A stretch of 64,000 bases of DNA from Candidatus Methylomirabilota bacterium (GCA_035650715.1 DASRHC010000032.1:128221-192220); one strand, 5' to 3'. Positions 36,713 through 46,710 are shown, counted from the stretch's first letter. The notes: a model not told the origin generated them from the letters alone. A program made the numbers and translations.

Positions 36713-37300
36713 TCAGGCGCTCCGCGTGAAGCCCGCCGCGGCGAGGACGGCATCGATCGCGTCGTCCTCGCTCCACGACAGCGTCCAGAGCCGCTCGTAG
36801 GGATCCCCGTCGAGCCCGAGGGCCCGGGCGAAGGCCGGCTCGGTCTTGAGGCCCGCGCGCCGCTCTCGCGCCACCGCGCGGCGCAACGCTTCACCGCCTC
36901 TTGCGAGCAGGCGGGCTTCCACGAGCAGATGCCGGTAGCCCCGCTGCCGGTCGATCGGCAGCGGCTGACCGAACACCTCCACCGGCAGCGCGTCGGCGCG
37001 GAAGCGCGCGATGACCGCGAGCGTCGGGCCCGCCGGGTGCCGGTCGCAGCGGAACCCGGGCTGGCGCCCGAGCGCCTCGCGCACCGCGCGCTCGAAGCGG
37101 TCCAGGTCGGGAGCATGGCAGAGCACGTCGAGATCGCTGCCCTCGACGGCCAGGTCCAGCGGGTAGGTGCCCGCCAGCACCGGATCGAAGGGGGCGAGCC
37201 GCTCGAGGACGCTGCACGCGGCGAGCGCCCGGGCCGCCGCCTGCTGGGCCGGCGAGCCGGCCGCGAGGTACGCGGGATCGCGCCACTCGCGCCCCGTCAT
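36713..37300 (-). CDS. DUF4269 domain protein
   Basis: MTGREWRDPAYLAAGSPAQQAAARAL ... LAGTYPLDLAVEGSDLDVLCHA is typical of DUF4269. ATGA overlap with the upstream hydrolase. Confidence 0.6.
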   Translation of the reverse strand: MTGREWRDPAYLAAGSPAQQAAARALAACSVLERLAPFDPVLAGTYPLDLAVEGSDLDVLCHAPDLDRFERAVREALGRQPGFRCDRHPAGPTLAVIARFRADALPVEVFGQPLPIDRQRGYRHLLVEARLLARGGEALRRAVARERRAGLKTEPAFARALGLDGDPYERLWTLSWSEDDAIDAVLAAAGFTRSA

Positions 37301-38115
37301 CCGGCGATCGCGGGCGCGGGCGCGAGCTGCGCGCGCAGGAACCCGCCCACCACCCGGTTGTAGGCCTCGACCTCCAGGCTCGGCACGAAGTGGCCGCCGG
37401 TGGGCAGGATCGCGAGCCGGGCGCCCGGGATGCGCGCGGCCAGCTCCTCCGAGTAGTGGACGGGGGTGAGCGCGTCGTCGGCCGCCACCACCACCAGCGT
37501 GGGGCAGCGGATCTCGCCCAGGCGCTCTTGACGGTCGAACGCCACGATGGCATCGATGCGGCTCGCCAGCACCTCGGGCGGCGGCGCGCTCGCTCGCAGG
37601 CGCGCCAGCTCCTCCTCGAGCGCGGCGTCGTGCGCGCTCACCCAGCGGGGCGGACGCAGCATGACCACCGAGGCGCGCCAGTAGCTCTCGAATCCGCGAT
37701 GGAGCAGGAGCTCCTTGCGGGTCTCGAAGCAGCGGCGGAAATAGGGGTCGGGCCCGGGCCAGGTCGCGCTCAGCACCAGGCTCAGGAGCCGGTCGGGATG
37801 GTCCTGGGCGATGGTCTGGCCGATCGCGCCGCCGGTTGAGTGGCCGACGTAGTGCGCGCGCTCGACGCCCAGGCGATCCATGAGCGCCACCGTGTCGGCC
37901 GCCATCTGGTCCACCGAGTAGCGGATGCGCGAGTGCGTGCTGCCTCCGGCCCCTCGGTGGTCGTGGACGATCACCCGGAAGTCGCGCGCGAGGTCGCGCA
38001 CCTGCGGGGCCCAGAACGCGCCCTGGCCCCCGAGCCCGGGGACCAGCATGAGGGCGGGGCCGCGCCCCTGCTCCTCGTAGTAGATGTCGGCGTCGCCGAT
38101 CGAGACGTGGGGCAT
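37297..38115 (-). CDS. alpha/beta hydrolase (3-oxoadipate enol-lactonase-like)
   Basis: HGAGGS at the oxyanion region and the nucleophile elbow GHSTGG. 272 aa. Confidence 0.85.
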   Translation of the reverse strand: MPHVSIGDADIYYEEQGRGPALMLVPGLGGQGAFWAPQVRDLARDFRVIVHDHRGAGGSTHSRIRYSVDQMAADTVALMDRLGVERAHYVGHSTGGAIGQTIAQDHPDRLLSLVLSATWPGPDPYFRRCFETRKELLLHRGFESYWRASVVMLRPPRWVSAHDAALEEELARLRASAPPPEVLASRIDAIVAFDRQERLGEIRCPTLVVVAADDALTPVHYSEELAARIPGARLAILPTGGHFVPSLEVEAYNRVVGGFLRAQLAPAPAIAG

Positions 38116-38127
38116 CGCGGCGCGGCG

Positions 38128-38634
38128 CTAGACGGTGTCGTTCATGCCCATGCGCCGCTCGATCGCGATCACGTCGGCCGGGCGCTCGAACGGCGCGGGA
38201 GCGGGCTCGCCGGGCTGTCGCGGCCGCCCGATGGCCCGGAAGAAATCCTCGAGGCCGGGCGGGGTGATGACCCAGAGCATCACCAGGTCCTCGGCGGCGC
38301 TGTCGTTGATGAGCTCGTGCTTGACGTCGTAGCCGAGGAAGCACGAGGTCCCGGGCACCAGGGGATGGCTCACCCCGTCGACCACCGCGCGGCCCCGGCC
38401 GCGGAAGCAGATCTGCAGCTCGATCTGGTTGCCGTGCGAGTGCTCGCGCACCCGCGAGCCCGGGGCGATGGTCTGGAATCCCATCGCGTGCCCCGCGAAG
38501 CCGGTGCGGGCCGGGTAGAGCATGGGATCGGCGTGGCCGTTGGCGGGCACGGGCTGCCAGTAGGAGGGGCCGGCGCCGGGCTGCACGACGACGGCGCGGC
38601 CCCGAAGCGACTCGGTGCTCTGGGGTTCGGTCAT
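38128..38634 (-). CDS. cupin domain protein
   Basis: Cupin motifs HSHGNQIELQICFRGRG and PGTSCFLGYDVKHELIN. GGGAGG RBS. Confidence 0.7.
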   Translation of the reverse strand: MTEPQSTESLRGRAVVVQPGAGPSYWQPVPANGHADPMLYPARTGFAGHAMGFQTIAPGSRVREHSHGNQIELQICFRGRGRAVVDGVSHPLVPGTSCFLGYDVKHELINDSAAEDLVMLWVITPPGLEDFFRAIGRPRQPGEPAPAPFERPADVIAIERRMGMNDTV

Positions 38635-38718
38635 TGGCGTCCTCCCGACTGGATTAGGCGGCCAGTGTACCCCGCGCCGCGTTTGACCGCCCGCCCAATC
38701 TCGGCGATAGTCCCGGGC

Positions 38719-40275
38719 ATGACGACACGACGCGCGCTCCTGCTCTCGCTCCTCACGCTGGCGGTCACCACGCTTCCGGCCGGCCCCGCCCCGGCCCAGG
38801 AGACGCCGCGCGGCGGCGGCGTGCTCAAGGCGGCCATGATCGGCGAGCCGCCCACGCTCGACCTGCACTGGACCACCGCGGTGATCACGCAGGAGATCAC
38901 CTTCCACATCTACGAGAGCCTGTTCACCTACGACGCGGGCTTCGCCCCCATCCCGATGCTGGCCCGGTCGTACACCGTGACGCCGGACGGCCGGCGCTAC
39001 ACGTTCACGCTCCGCCGCGGCGTCAAGTTCCACAACGGCAAGGAGATGACCTCGGCCGACGTGGTGGCCTCGCTCACCCGCTGGGGGAAGGTGGCCACCG
39101 TCGGCAAGGCGGTGTGGGGGTCGGTGGAGGCGATCGAGGCCAAGGACCCGTACACGGTGGTCCTCCACATGAAGGAGCCCTCCGGCTCGCTGCTCTTCGC
39201 CCTCGCCAGTCCCAACAACGGCGCCGCCGTCCATCCCCAGGAGGTGATCGCGGCCGCGGGCGCCGGGCAGATCAAGGAGTTCATCGGCACCGGCCCCTAT
39301 CGCTTCGTGGAGCACCGGCCGGACCGGCACATCAAGCTGGCCCGGTTCACGGAATACGCCGCGCGCAGCGAGGCGCCCAACGGCTACGGCGGCCGGCGCA
39401 CCGCCTACATCGACGAGATCCTGTTCATCCCGGTGCCGGACGTGGCGGTGCGGCTGGCCGGGGTGGAGACCGGCGAGTACCACTTCGCCGGCAGCATCAA
39501 CCAGGACAAGTACGACGGGATCAAGGGCCGCGCGGACCTCGCCACCGGGGTGGTCAAGCCGTACGGATGGATCACCGCGGTGCCGAACCACAAGCAGGGC
39601 GTGATGGCCAACAAGAAGGTGCGCCAGGCCCTGCAGGCGGCGCTCGACATGGAGCCGGCGATGGCGGCCGCCGTCGGCAACAAGGAGTTCTACCGGCTCT
39701 CCGGGGCGCTCTTCTTCCCCGAGCAGACCGCGTTCTACTCCACGGTGGGCGTCACCGGCTACAACCTGAAGGACAAGGCCCGTGCCCGCGCGCTGCTGAA
39801 GGAGGCCGGTTACAGCGGCCAGCCGGTGCGCTGGATCACCACCAAGGAGTACGAGTGGATGTACAACACCGCGGTGATGGCCAAGCAGCAGATGGAGGAG
39901 GTCGGGTTCACCGTCGACCTGCAGGTGGTGGACTGGGCCACGCTGGTGCAGCGGCGCAACAAGCCCGAGCTGTTCGATCTGTTCTCCACCGGCTTCACCT
40001 TCAACCCGGATCCCGCGCTGGCGGCGGCGCTTTCGTGCAACTGGCCGGGCTGGTGGTGCAACGAGGAGAAGGAGCGCGCGATGGCGGACCTGGCGCGCGA
40101 GAGCGACCCCAAGAAGCGGAAGGCGCTCATCGAGCGCGTGCAGGCGATCTTCTACGAGGACGTGGGGCGCATCAAGTTCGGGGACTACTACCCGCTGCAG
40201 GCGATGCGGAAGGACCTGCGGGGGTTCAGGCCGGGGCCGTTTCTGTACTTCTGGAACGCGTGGTTGGCTAAGTAG
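38719..40275 (+). CDS. ABC transporter substrate-binding protein, family 5 (peptide/nickel type)
   Basis: Signal peptide and the SBP_bac_5 pattern (GVKFHNGKEMTSADVVASL). No adjacent permease or ATPase genes. Confidence 0.85.
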   Translation: MTTRRALLLSLLTLAVTTLPAGPAPAQETPRGGGVLKAAMIGEPPTLDLHWTTAVITQEITFHIYESLFTYDAGFAPIPMLARSYTVTPDGRRYTFTLRRGVKFHNGKEMTSADVVASLTRWGKVATVGKAVWGSVEAIEAKDPYTVVLHMKEPSGSLLFALASPNNGAAVHPQEVIAAAGAGQIKEFIGTGPYRFVEHRPDRHIKLARFTEYAARSEAPNGYGGRRTAYIDEILFIPVPDVAVRLAGVETGEYHFAGSINQDKYDGIKGRADLATGVVKPYGWITAVPNHKQGVMANKKVRQALQAALDMEPAMAAAVGNKEFYRLSGALFFPEQTAFYSTVGVTGYNLKDKARARALLKEAGYSGQPVRWITTKEYEWMYNTAVMAKQQMEEVGFTVDLQVVDWATLVQRRNKPELFDLFSTGFTFNPDPALAAALSCNWPGWWCNEEKERAMADLARESDPKKRKALIERVQAIFYEDVGRIKFGDYYPLQAMRKDLRGFRPGPFLYFWNAWLAK

Positions 40276-40383
40276 CGGGGGACGGGGCGGCCGCGCCGCG
40301 GCGGGCCCTACGTGGGCTGGGAGTATCAGGAGCGGATAGAAGCGGATGGGGCGCGTGGTCCTCTGTGAGGCGGGTTCCTGCTG

Positions 40384-40749
40384 TTAGGGGGATTGGGGGG
40401 CGGGGGCCCAGTCGACGGAGATGATGCTGACGCGGTAGGAGGCGGGGCCCGCGGCCATCGTGAGGCAGAAGAGGCCCGCGCTGCGGGACCAGACCGAGCC
40501 GACCACGTCGCCGTCGCGGCGGGCGGTCACGCTGCCGCGGTCGTCCAGCCCCTCGACCCGGATCCGCACGCGCCGGGCGTCGGTGGGGCCGTCGTTGAAG
40601 ACCCGCCCGCACACCGCCTGCAGGCCACTCGCCGGCGCGTCCGCATTCCAGCGGATCCGCAGGCCGGCCGGCCCCTCCGCCTCCTCGGCCCGGCTCGCCG
40701 AGGGCGAGAGGGCCAGGACGCCGACGAGGGCCAGATGAGGCCAGCGCAT
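40384..40749 (-). CDS. small secreted hypothetical protein
   Basis: Signal peptide MRWPHLALVGVLALSPSASRAEEA. 121 aa. Confidence 0.5.
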   Translation of the reverse strand: MRWPHLALVGVLALSPSASRAEEAEGPAGLRIRWNADAPASGLQAVCGRVFNDGPTDARRVRIRVEGLDDRGSVTARRDGDVVGSVWSRSAGLFCLTMAAGPASYRVSIISVDWAPAPQSP

Positions 40750-40753
40750 GCGG

Positions 40754-42343
40754 CTACGCGGGGCGGAGGACGCGCCCGGGGAGCGCGCCGGTGTGCTGGC
40801 CGCCGGTGATCACCACGCGCCCGTTCACCAGCACGTGCTCGATCCCGGTGGCGTACTGATGGGGGTCCTCGAACGTGGCGCGGTCGGCCACCGTCGCGGG
40901 GTCGAACGCCACCACGTCGGCCTTCGCGCCGGCCTTCAGCACGCCGCGGTCGGTGAGCCCGAGGCGCCGGGCGGGCAGGCCGGTCATCTTGAAGACCGCG
41001 GTCTCCAGCGGCAGCACGCGCTCGTCGCGCGCGTAGCGGCCCAGCACGCGGGGGAAGGTGCCGTAGCTGCGCGGGTGCGGCTTGCCGACGGCGAGCGGGC
41101 CGGTGGCGGCGAGGGAGGAGCCGTCGGAGCCCACCATCACGTGCGGATGCGTGAGCGCCCGGCGCAGGTCGGCCTCGTCGAGCTGGAAGAGGATCATGTA
41201 GCCCTTGCCCTGCTCGGCCACGATCAGCTCGATCGCCGCGTCGAGCGGATCCTGCTTGCGCGCGGCGGCCACCTCCGAGATCCGTCGGCCCTGCGCGTCC
41301 GGGCGTGAGGGCGAGTAGGCCACCATGATGTCCGACCAGTCGAGCCCGCGCGTGAGGGTCTCGGCGCCGCCGGTCAGCTCGGCGCGGATCCGGTCGCGCA
41401 CCGCCGGATCGGCGAGGCGCGCGAGCATCGCGTCGATGCCGCCCTCGAGCGCCCAGTCCGGCAGGAGCGTCCGCAGCGTGGTGCTGGAGGCGGTGTAGGG
41501 GTAGACGTCGCCCATCACGTCCTGGCCCTGGGCCCGCGCCGCGTCGATGAGGGCGAGCGCGTCGGCGACCTTGCCCCAGTTGGGCCGCCCCGCCGCCTTG
41601 ACGTGGCTCACCTGCGCGGGCAGGCCGCCCTCGCGGCCGACCCGGATGGCCTCCGCCACCGCGTCCAGCAGGGTCGCGCCCTCGCCGCGGATGTGGCTCG
41701 CGTAGAAGCCGCGGCCGGCCGCCGCGCGGCGGGCGATGCCGATGATCTCCTCGGTGGCCGCGTAGGACCCGGGCGCGTAGATGAGGCCGGTGGAGAGCCC
41801 GTAGGCGCCGTCGGCCATCGCCTCGTCCATCAGCCGCTCCATGGCGGCCTGCTCGCGCGCGGTGGGCGGCCGCCGCGCGAAGCCCATCGCGGCCAGCCGC
41901 AGCGTGCCGTGGCCGATGAGCTGCGCCACGTTGAGCGCGACGCCCTCCTTCTCGTAGCGCGCCAGGTACTCGCCGGTGCGCCGCCACGAGAAGTCCATGC
42001 CCGCGGGCAGGTAGAGGGCGAACCCCTTCATCTCCTCGCGGAAGGCGTCCGAGACCGGCGCGGGCGAGAAGCCGCAGTTGCCGATGACCTCGGTGGTGAC
42101 GCCCTGGCGGATCTTCGACTCGGCCCGCCGGTTGTCCCACAGCCGCCAGTCCGAGTGCGAGTGCATGTCGATGAAGCCGGGGGCGACGACGCGCCCGCCC
42201 GCATCGATGGTGCGGCCGGCCGGCTCGCGGGCGAGGTCGCCCACCGCGGCGATGGTCTCGCCGGTCACCCCCACGTCGCCCGGGCGCGCGGGGCCGCCGG
42301 TGCCGTCGATCAGACGACCGCCCGTGATCTTCAGGTCGAGCAC
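40754..42343 (-). CDS. N-acyl-D-amino-acid deacylase (D-aminoacylase, amidohydrolase superfamily)
   Basis: GFIDMHSHSD metal-binding motif. The 529-aa length and overall pattern match D-aminoacylases. Confidence 0.85.
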   Translation of the reverse strand: MLDLKITGGRLIDGTGGPARPGDVGVTGETIAAVGDLAREPAGRTIDAGGRVVAPGFIDMHSHSDWRLWDNRRAESKIRQGVTTEVIGNCGFSPAPVSDAFREEMKGFALYLPAGMDFSWRRTGEYLARYEKEGVALNVAQLIGHGTLRLAAMGFARRPPTAREQAAMERLMDEAMADGAYGLSTGLIYAPGSYAATEEIIGIARRAAAGRGFYASHIRGEGATLLDAVAEAIRVGREGGLPAQVSHVKAAGRPNWGKVADALALIDAARAQGQDVMGDVYPYTASSTTLRTLLPDWALEGGIDAMLARLADPAVRDRIRAELTGGAETLTRGLDWSDIMVAYSPSRPDAQGRRISEVAAARKQDPLDAAIELIVAEQGKGYMILFQLDEADLRRALTHPHVMVGSDGSSLAATGPLAVGKPHPRSYGTFPRVLGRYARDERVLPLETAVFKMTGLPARRLGLTDRGVLKAGAKADVVAFDPATVADRATFEDPHQYATGIEHVLVNGRVVITGGQHTGALPGRVLRPA

Positions 42344-42352
42344 GGGCGCGGC

Positions 42353-43444
42353 CTAGTACCGCCGGTCGTCGAGGTCGAGGAGCGGGAACGCGCTGGTGAC
42401 GTGCGGCAGGGTCACCGGCGGCGCCGGATGCACGTACGAGCCGTCGAGCATGTCGAGACTGTGCACCCCGAGCAGGCCCATGGCGATGCGGATCTCGTCC
42501 TCCATCAGCTCGAGCGCGCGCACCAGCCCCGCCTCGCCCGCGGCGGCGAGCCCCAGGCACGTGAGCCGTCCCAGGCCCACCATCTGCGCGCCGAGGGCGA
42601 TGCCCTTCACCACGTCGGTGCCCCGCATGAAGCCGCCGTCGACGATGACGGTGGCGCGGCCGTTCACCGCCTTCACCACCTCCGGCAGCACGTCGATCGC
42701 GCCGCGCCCGTGGTCGAGCTGACGGCCGCCGTGGTTCGAGACGTAGATGCCCTCCACCCCCAGGTCGCAGGCGATCGCCGCGTCCTCGCCGGTGGCGATG
42801 CCCTTCAGGATGAGCGGCATGTCGTGGCGGTCCTTGAAGCGCTTCACCTGGTCCCAGGAGAGCGCGGCCTGGAAGTCCTGGCCGGTGGCGCGCACGCGCC
42901 ACGGCTTGACGAAGCGGCGGGCCAGGTCCCGCTCGCGGCGGCTGTAGAGCGCGGTGTCCACCGTCATGCAGAAGAGCGCGTAGCCGTGGTCCTTCGCCCG
43001 CCGCACGTGGTCGTCCACGAAGGCGTCGTCGCCGCGGACGTAGAGCTGGAAGATGCGGAAGTTGTCGGCGGCCGCCGCGGTGGCCTCGAGCCCCGGGTTG
43101 CAGGCCGAGCTCAGCATCTGGGGCACGCCGAACGCGGCGGAGGCCCGCGCGGCGGTGGCGCCGCCGCCGGGGGTGAACGTCTCGATGGAGCCGACCGGGG
43201 CCAGCATCACCGGGATGCGCACGCGCCGGCCGAAGAAGGTGGAGCCGGTGTCGATGCGCGAGACGTCGCGCAGCACGCGCGGGCGGAACGCGAGGCTGTC
43301 GAGGGCCAGGCGGTTGCGCCGGAGCGTGGTCTCGGTCTCGGTGCCACCCACCAGGTAGTCCCACGGGCCGGGGGCCAGGTTCATGCGCGCGGCGCGCACG
43401 ATCTCGTGCAGGGTCTGGAACTTGTCCTCGAGCTCGGAAGCCAT
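42353..43444 (-). CDS. FMN-dependent alpha-hydroxy acid oxidase/dehydrogenase (lactate/glycolate oxidase family)
   Basis: LILKGIATGEDA and VSNHGGRQLD match the conserved FMN-dependent dehydrogenase motifs. I chose the start at MASELEDKF. Confidence 0.85.
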   Translation of the reverse strand: MASELEDKFQTLHEIVRAARMNLAPGPWDYLVGGTETETTLRRNRLALDSLAFRPRVLRDVSRIDTGSTFFGRRVRIPVMLAPVGSIETFTPGGGATAARASAAFGVPQMLSSACNPGLEATAAAADNFRIFQLYVRGDDAFVDDHVRRAKDHGYALFCMTVDTALYSRRERDLARRFVKPWRVRATGQDFQAALSWDQVKRFKDRHDMPLILKGIATGEDAAIACDLGVEGIYVSNHGGRQLDHGRGAIDVLPEVVKAVNGRATVIVDGGFMRGTDVVKGIALGAQMVGLGRLTCLGLAAAGEAGLVRALELMEDEIRIAMGLLGVHSLDMLDGSYVHPAPPVTLPHVTSAFPLLDLDDRRY

Positions 43445-43500
43445 GGCCGAGACACTGCCGCCGGGAAGAACTCTTGTCAAGTCCGGTACACTGGGGCGTC

Positions 43501-44403
43501 ATGCCGTCGCTCCTCGACGCGCGCAGTCTGGTGAAGCAGCTGGGCGGCCGGCGGGTGGTCGACGGCGTGGACCTGGCCTGCGCCTCCGGGCAGATCGTGG
43601 GCCTGCTCGGGCCCAACGGCGCGGGCAAGACCACGACGCTCCGGATGCTCTACGGCTTCCTGCGCCCGGACACGGGATCGATCCGCGTCGACGGCGTGGA
43701 GCTCGGCCGCGACCTGGTGCGGGCCAAGCGCGCCATCGGCGTGTGCACGCAGGACGACACCTTCGACGGCGACTTCACGGTGGAGCAGAACCTCTCGATC
43801 GCGGCGCACTACTTCCGCCCGCGGCCGGCGGATCTGAGGCGACGGGTGGGGGAGCTGCTGGAGCGCTTCGATCTCCGCGGGTACGCGCGCGAGAAGCCGG
43901 AGACGCTCTCCGGCGGCTACCGCCGGCGCCTCATGATCGCGCGGGCCCTCGTGCACCGGCCGCGGCTGCTCTTCCTGGACGAGCCCACCACCGGGCTCGA
44001 TCCGCAGGCCCGCATGGGGGTGTGGGATCTGGTGGACGGCCTGCGCTCCGAGGGGCTCGGCATCATCCTCACCACCCACTACATGGACGAGGCCGAGCGC
44101 CTGAGCGACGTGCTCGCGGTGCTGGCCCGCGGCCGCGTGGTGGCGCGCGGCACCGCCAAGGCGGTGCTGGGCGACCTGGTGGGCGAGCACGTGGTGGTGG
44201 TGGAGGCGACGCCCGGGGGCGCGCTGGCGGCGTGGCTGGCCGCGCGCGGGCGCGGGGAGCCGGCCAGCGTGCTGGGCACGTGGCACGTGCCGATGTCGGG
44301 GGAGGAGCTGGCCGACTTCGCGCGCGCGTTCCCGACCCTGCGCTACGAGGTGCGGGGGCCGACCCTCGACGACCTCTTCCTCAAGCTCTCGCTGCAGCCG
44401 TGA
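43501..44403 (+). CDS. ABC transporter ATP-binding protein
   Basis: Walker A GPNGAGKTT, the signature LSGGYRRRL and Walker B LLFLDEPT. Confidence 0.85.
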   Translation: MPSLLDARSLVKQLGGRRVVDGVDLACASGQIVGLLGPNGAGKTTTLRMLYGFLRPDTGSIRVDGVELGRDLVRAKRAIGVCTQDDTFDGDFTVEQNLSIAAHYFRPRPADLRRRVGELLERFDLRGYAREKPETLSGGYRRRLMIARALVHRPRLLFLDEPTTGLDPQARMGVWDLVDGLRSEGLGIILTTHYMDEAERLSDVLAVLARGRVVARGTAKAVLGDLVGEHVVVVEATPGGALAAWLAARGRGEPASVLGTWHVPMSGEELADFARAFPTLRYEVRGPTLDDLFLKLSLQP

Positions 44404-45203
44404 GCTGGCTCGTCGCCTCGCTCGAGTGGCAGAGCCGCGCGGTGGTGGGCCGCCACCTGCGCGTGTACCTGCGGAACTGGTACACCGCGTTCCTGCCGCC
44501 CGTGCTCGAGCCCCTCACCATGCTGCTCGCGTTCGGCGCCGGGCTCGGCGGCTACGTGGCCAGCCTCACCTGGCACGAGCGGCCGGTGGACTACATGACG
44601 TACGTGGCCCCGGGCCTGCTCGCCTACGCCACCTTCATGACCGCGATCTTCCAGTCGCTGTTCGGGGCGTTCATCCGCATGCACTACCAGAAGACGTGGG
44701 AGGGGCAGCTCACCACCCAGGTGGAGCTGACCCACGTGGTGTGGGGCGAGGTCATGTGGGCCGGCCTGCTCGCCACCATGTACGCGGTGATGGTCTCGCT
44801 CGTGCTGGTCGCGCTGCGGGTGGCCGGGCTGGTGGCGCTCGACCTGCGCTGGCTGCCCGCCCTCTGGCCCGTCTCGTTCGTGGCCGCGTGCGGCTTCGGC
44901 TCCCTCGGGCTCCTGTTCACCGCGATCGTGCCCACCATCGACCACATGAACCTGCCGGTGTTCCTGGTGGTGCTGCCGATGGGGCTGCTCTCCTCGACCT
45001 ACTTCCCGCTCGAGCACCCGGTGCTGGTGGCGGTCAACCTGGTCAACCCGCTCCACCACCTGGCCCAGGGCTTCCGCGGCGTGCTCATCGGCGGGCCGGC
45101 GGCCGGACATCTGGCCGCCGCGGTGCTGCTCTCGGCGCTGCTGCTCGCGGTGCTGGTGCCGCTCGACCTGCGCCTGCTGCGCCGGCGCGTGCTGGGCGAG
45201 TAG
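44400..45203 (+). CDS. ABC-2 type transporter permease
   Basis: Six TM helices. GTGA overlap with the ATPase gene. Confidence 0.75.
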   Translation: MSWLVASLEWQSRAVVGRHLRVYLRNWYTAFLPPVLEPLTMLLAFGAGLGGYVASLTWHERPVDYMTYVAPGLLAYATFMTAIFQSLFGAFIRMHYQKTWEGQLTTQVELTHVVWGEVMWAGLLATMYAVMVSLVLVALRVAGLVALDLRWLPALWPVSFVAACGFGSLGLLFTAIVPTIDHMNLPVFLVVLPMGLLSSTYFPLEHPVLVAVNLVNPLHHLAQGFRGVLIGGPAAGHLAAAVLLSALLLAVLVPLDLRLLRRRVLGE

Positions 45204-45205
45204 CC

Positions 45206-46261
45206 CTACGGGCTCTGGACCCCTTCGCGGGGCCCGCCGGGCGGCGTGGCCAGCCCGGCACGGATGCGCTCGAAGCGCTTGACGATCTCCCCGCGCAGCG
45301 TTCGCCGTCCGATGATGCGCTTCATCTCGCCGCCGAGCCCGGTCACCTGGTCGGTGGAGACCCGGTTGCTCGCGAGCAGCAGCACGCCGTCCTCGAAGGG
45401 CACCGCCGCGCAGAGGATCTGGCTCGCCACGTAGGTCTGACCCGCGTAGAAATGACGCTCGACGTAGAGCGCCACGCGCGGGGTCACGTTCACCAGGTGC
45501 TGCAGGAGCAGCGGCACCGGCCGACCCTGCACGTTCCGCTTCACCCAGTAGATCTGGCTGACCGCGGTCGGGCTCTGCGCGGCGGGAAAACGCACCAGCG
45601 CCTCGGCGAGGCCGGGGACCACCGGGGCGAGGATGCGCGCGTCGGCGGCGGCGGCGCGCAGCACCGCGGCCGGGTCGTTGGGCGGCGACCGCCGCGCGTA
45701 GGGGGCCACGCCGTCGAGGCCGCGCGCCTGGAAGGCCTGCGCCCGCTGGAGCAGCAGCGCGCGCCACTGCCCGGCCGCGGCCTCGAGGACCGCGGCGCGA
45801 TCGCGGCCCCGGACCGCGGCCCGGGCGGCGCGGAACGCCTCCGCCTCGGCGGCGGAGAAGTGGAAGCGCGGCGCCGCCTCCAGCGCGTCCTGGGCCTCGA
45901 CGATCTCGTTCGGCGCCAGCCGGAAGCCCTGCAGCGCGGTCTCGGTGGCCCCGGGCGGAACCAGCCCGAACGCCACGATGTCAGCGTCCTTCAGCGCCAT
46001 CTCCGGGCTGGTGAGCGCGTCCGCCACCCGCGCGAGCGGCGCCGGGAGGTAGAGCGCCACTCCCGCGGCCAGGTCGCTGTCGGCGGGCTCGGCCACCGGG
46101 TACGCGATGGTCTCGCCCGCGAGCAGGCGGCGCCGCTGCTCGGCCGAGGGCCGGCGGATGTCGAGGCCCGCCCCCTCATCGGGCGCATCCGCAGCGCCGG
46201 CGAGGACGGGCCCGGCGAGCAGGGCGGCGAGCGCCGCCGCGCGGCCGAGGCGGGACCGCAC
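45206..46261 (-). CDS. secreted hypothetical protein
   Basis: Signal peptide RLGRAAALAALLAGPVLAGAADAP after a probable GTG start. The track ORF is over-extended and the start is uncertain. Confidence 0.45.
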   Translation of the reverse strand: MRSRLGRAAALAALLAGPVLAGAADAPDEGAGLDIRRPSAEQRRRLLAGETIAYPVAEPADSDLAAGVALYLPAPLARVADALTSPEMALKDADIVAFGLVPPGATETALQGFRLAPNEIVEAQDALEAAPRFHFSAAEAEAFRAARAAVRGRDRAAVLEAAAGQWRALLLQRAQAFQARGLDGVAPYARRSPPNDPAAVLRAAAADARILAPVVPGLAEALVRFPAAQSPTAVSQIYWVKRNVQGRPVPLLLQHLVNVTPRVALYVERHFYAGQTYVASQILCAAVPFEDGVLLLASNRVSTDQVTGLGGEMKRIIGRRTLRGEIVKRFERIRAGLATPPGGPREGVQSP

Positions 46262-46263
46262 GG

Positions 46264-46590
46264 CTAATCCATGCCCTCGGGAATCTCCACGAGTCGCCGC
46301 ACCCACGCGCCGGGAATGCGGGCGATCCACCGCCGGATCCGGCGCCGCGTGCTCTCGGCCAGCCGCCGCTCCAGGCGGTTGATGAGGCGGCGCGTCCGGT
46401 CGCTGGCGAGGCCCAGGAACACGAGGCCCGCCGCGTAGAACGGGATGCCGGTGACCACCGGGATGAGCCAGCCCACCACCCCGCCCACGAAGCACACCGC
46501 GGCCAGGCCCAGGAAGACGATGCGCAGCCAGAACGGATGACGCTGGCTCTGATCGCGAAGCAGGTCCGGCAGGGGAGGCGGGGATGTCAT
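46264..46590 (-). CDS. PGPGW-domain small membrane protein
   Basis: GWLIPVVTGIPFYAAGLVFLG matches the PGPGW motif. I trimmed it to MTSPPPLP. Confidence 0.55.
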   Translation of the reverse strand: MTSPPPLPDLLRDQSQRHPFWLRIVFLGLAAVCFVGGVVGWLIPVVTGIPFYAAGLVFLGLASDRTRRLINRLERRLAESTRRRIRRWIARIPGAWVRRLVEIPEGMD

Positions 46591-46710
46591 CCGGGTACCA
46601 GGCAGCGTAACACGCGGCGCCAGACCGCTTTCGCCGGAGGCGACTCCTGTGGCAGACTCTCCGCTGGTCCCGCGAGAACGCCGTCCGAGCCCCGGTCGAA
46701 GGAGCCAGCC

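Noticed and set aside
36713-38344. Single 543-aa ORF 36713..38344 in the track, and likewise 33017..34591 and 38128..39591
   Set aside because: These composite ORFs run through upstream genes in other frames. Internal starts with RBS or overlap signals (ATG 37300, ATG 38634, GTG 33421) give proteins of canonical family lengths.
43465-43500. TTGTCA ... TACACT promoter-like hexamers upstream of the ABC ATPase gene
   Set aside because: The spacing between the hexamers is only about 7 nt, which is incompatible with a sigma-70-type promoter.
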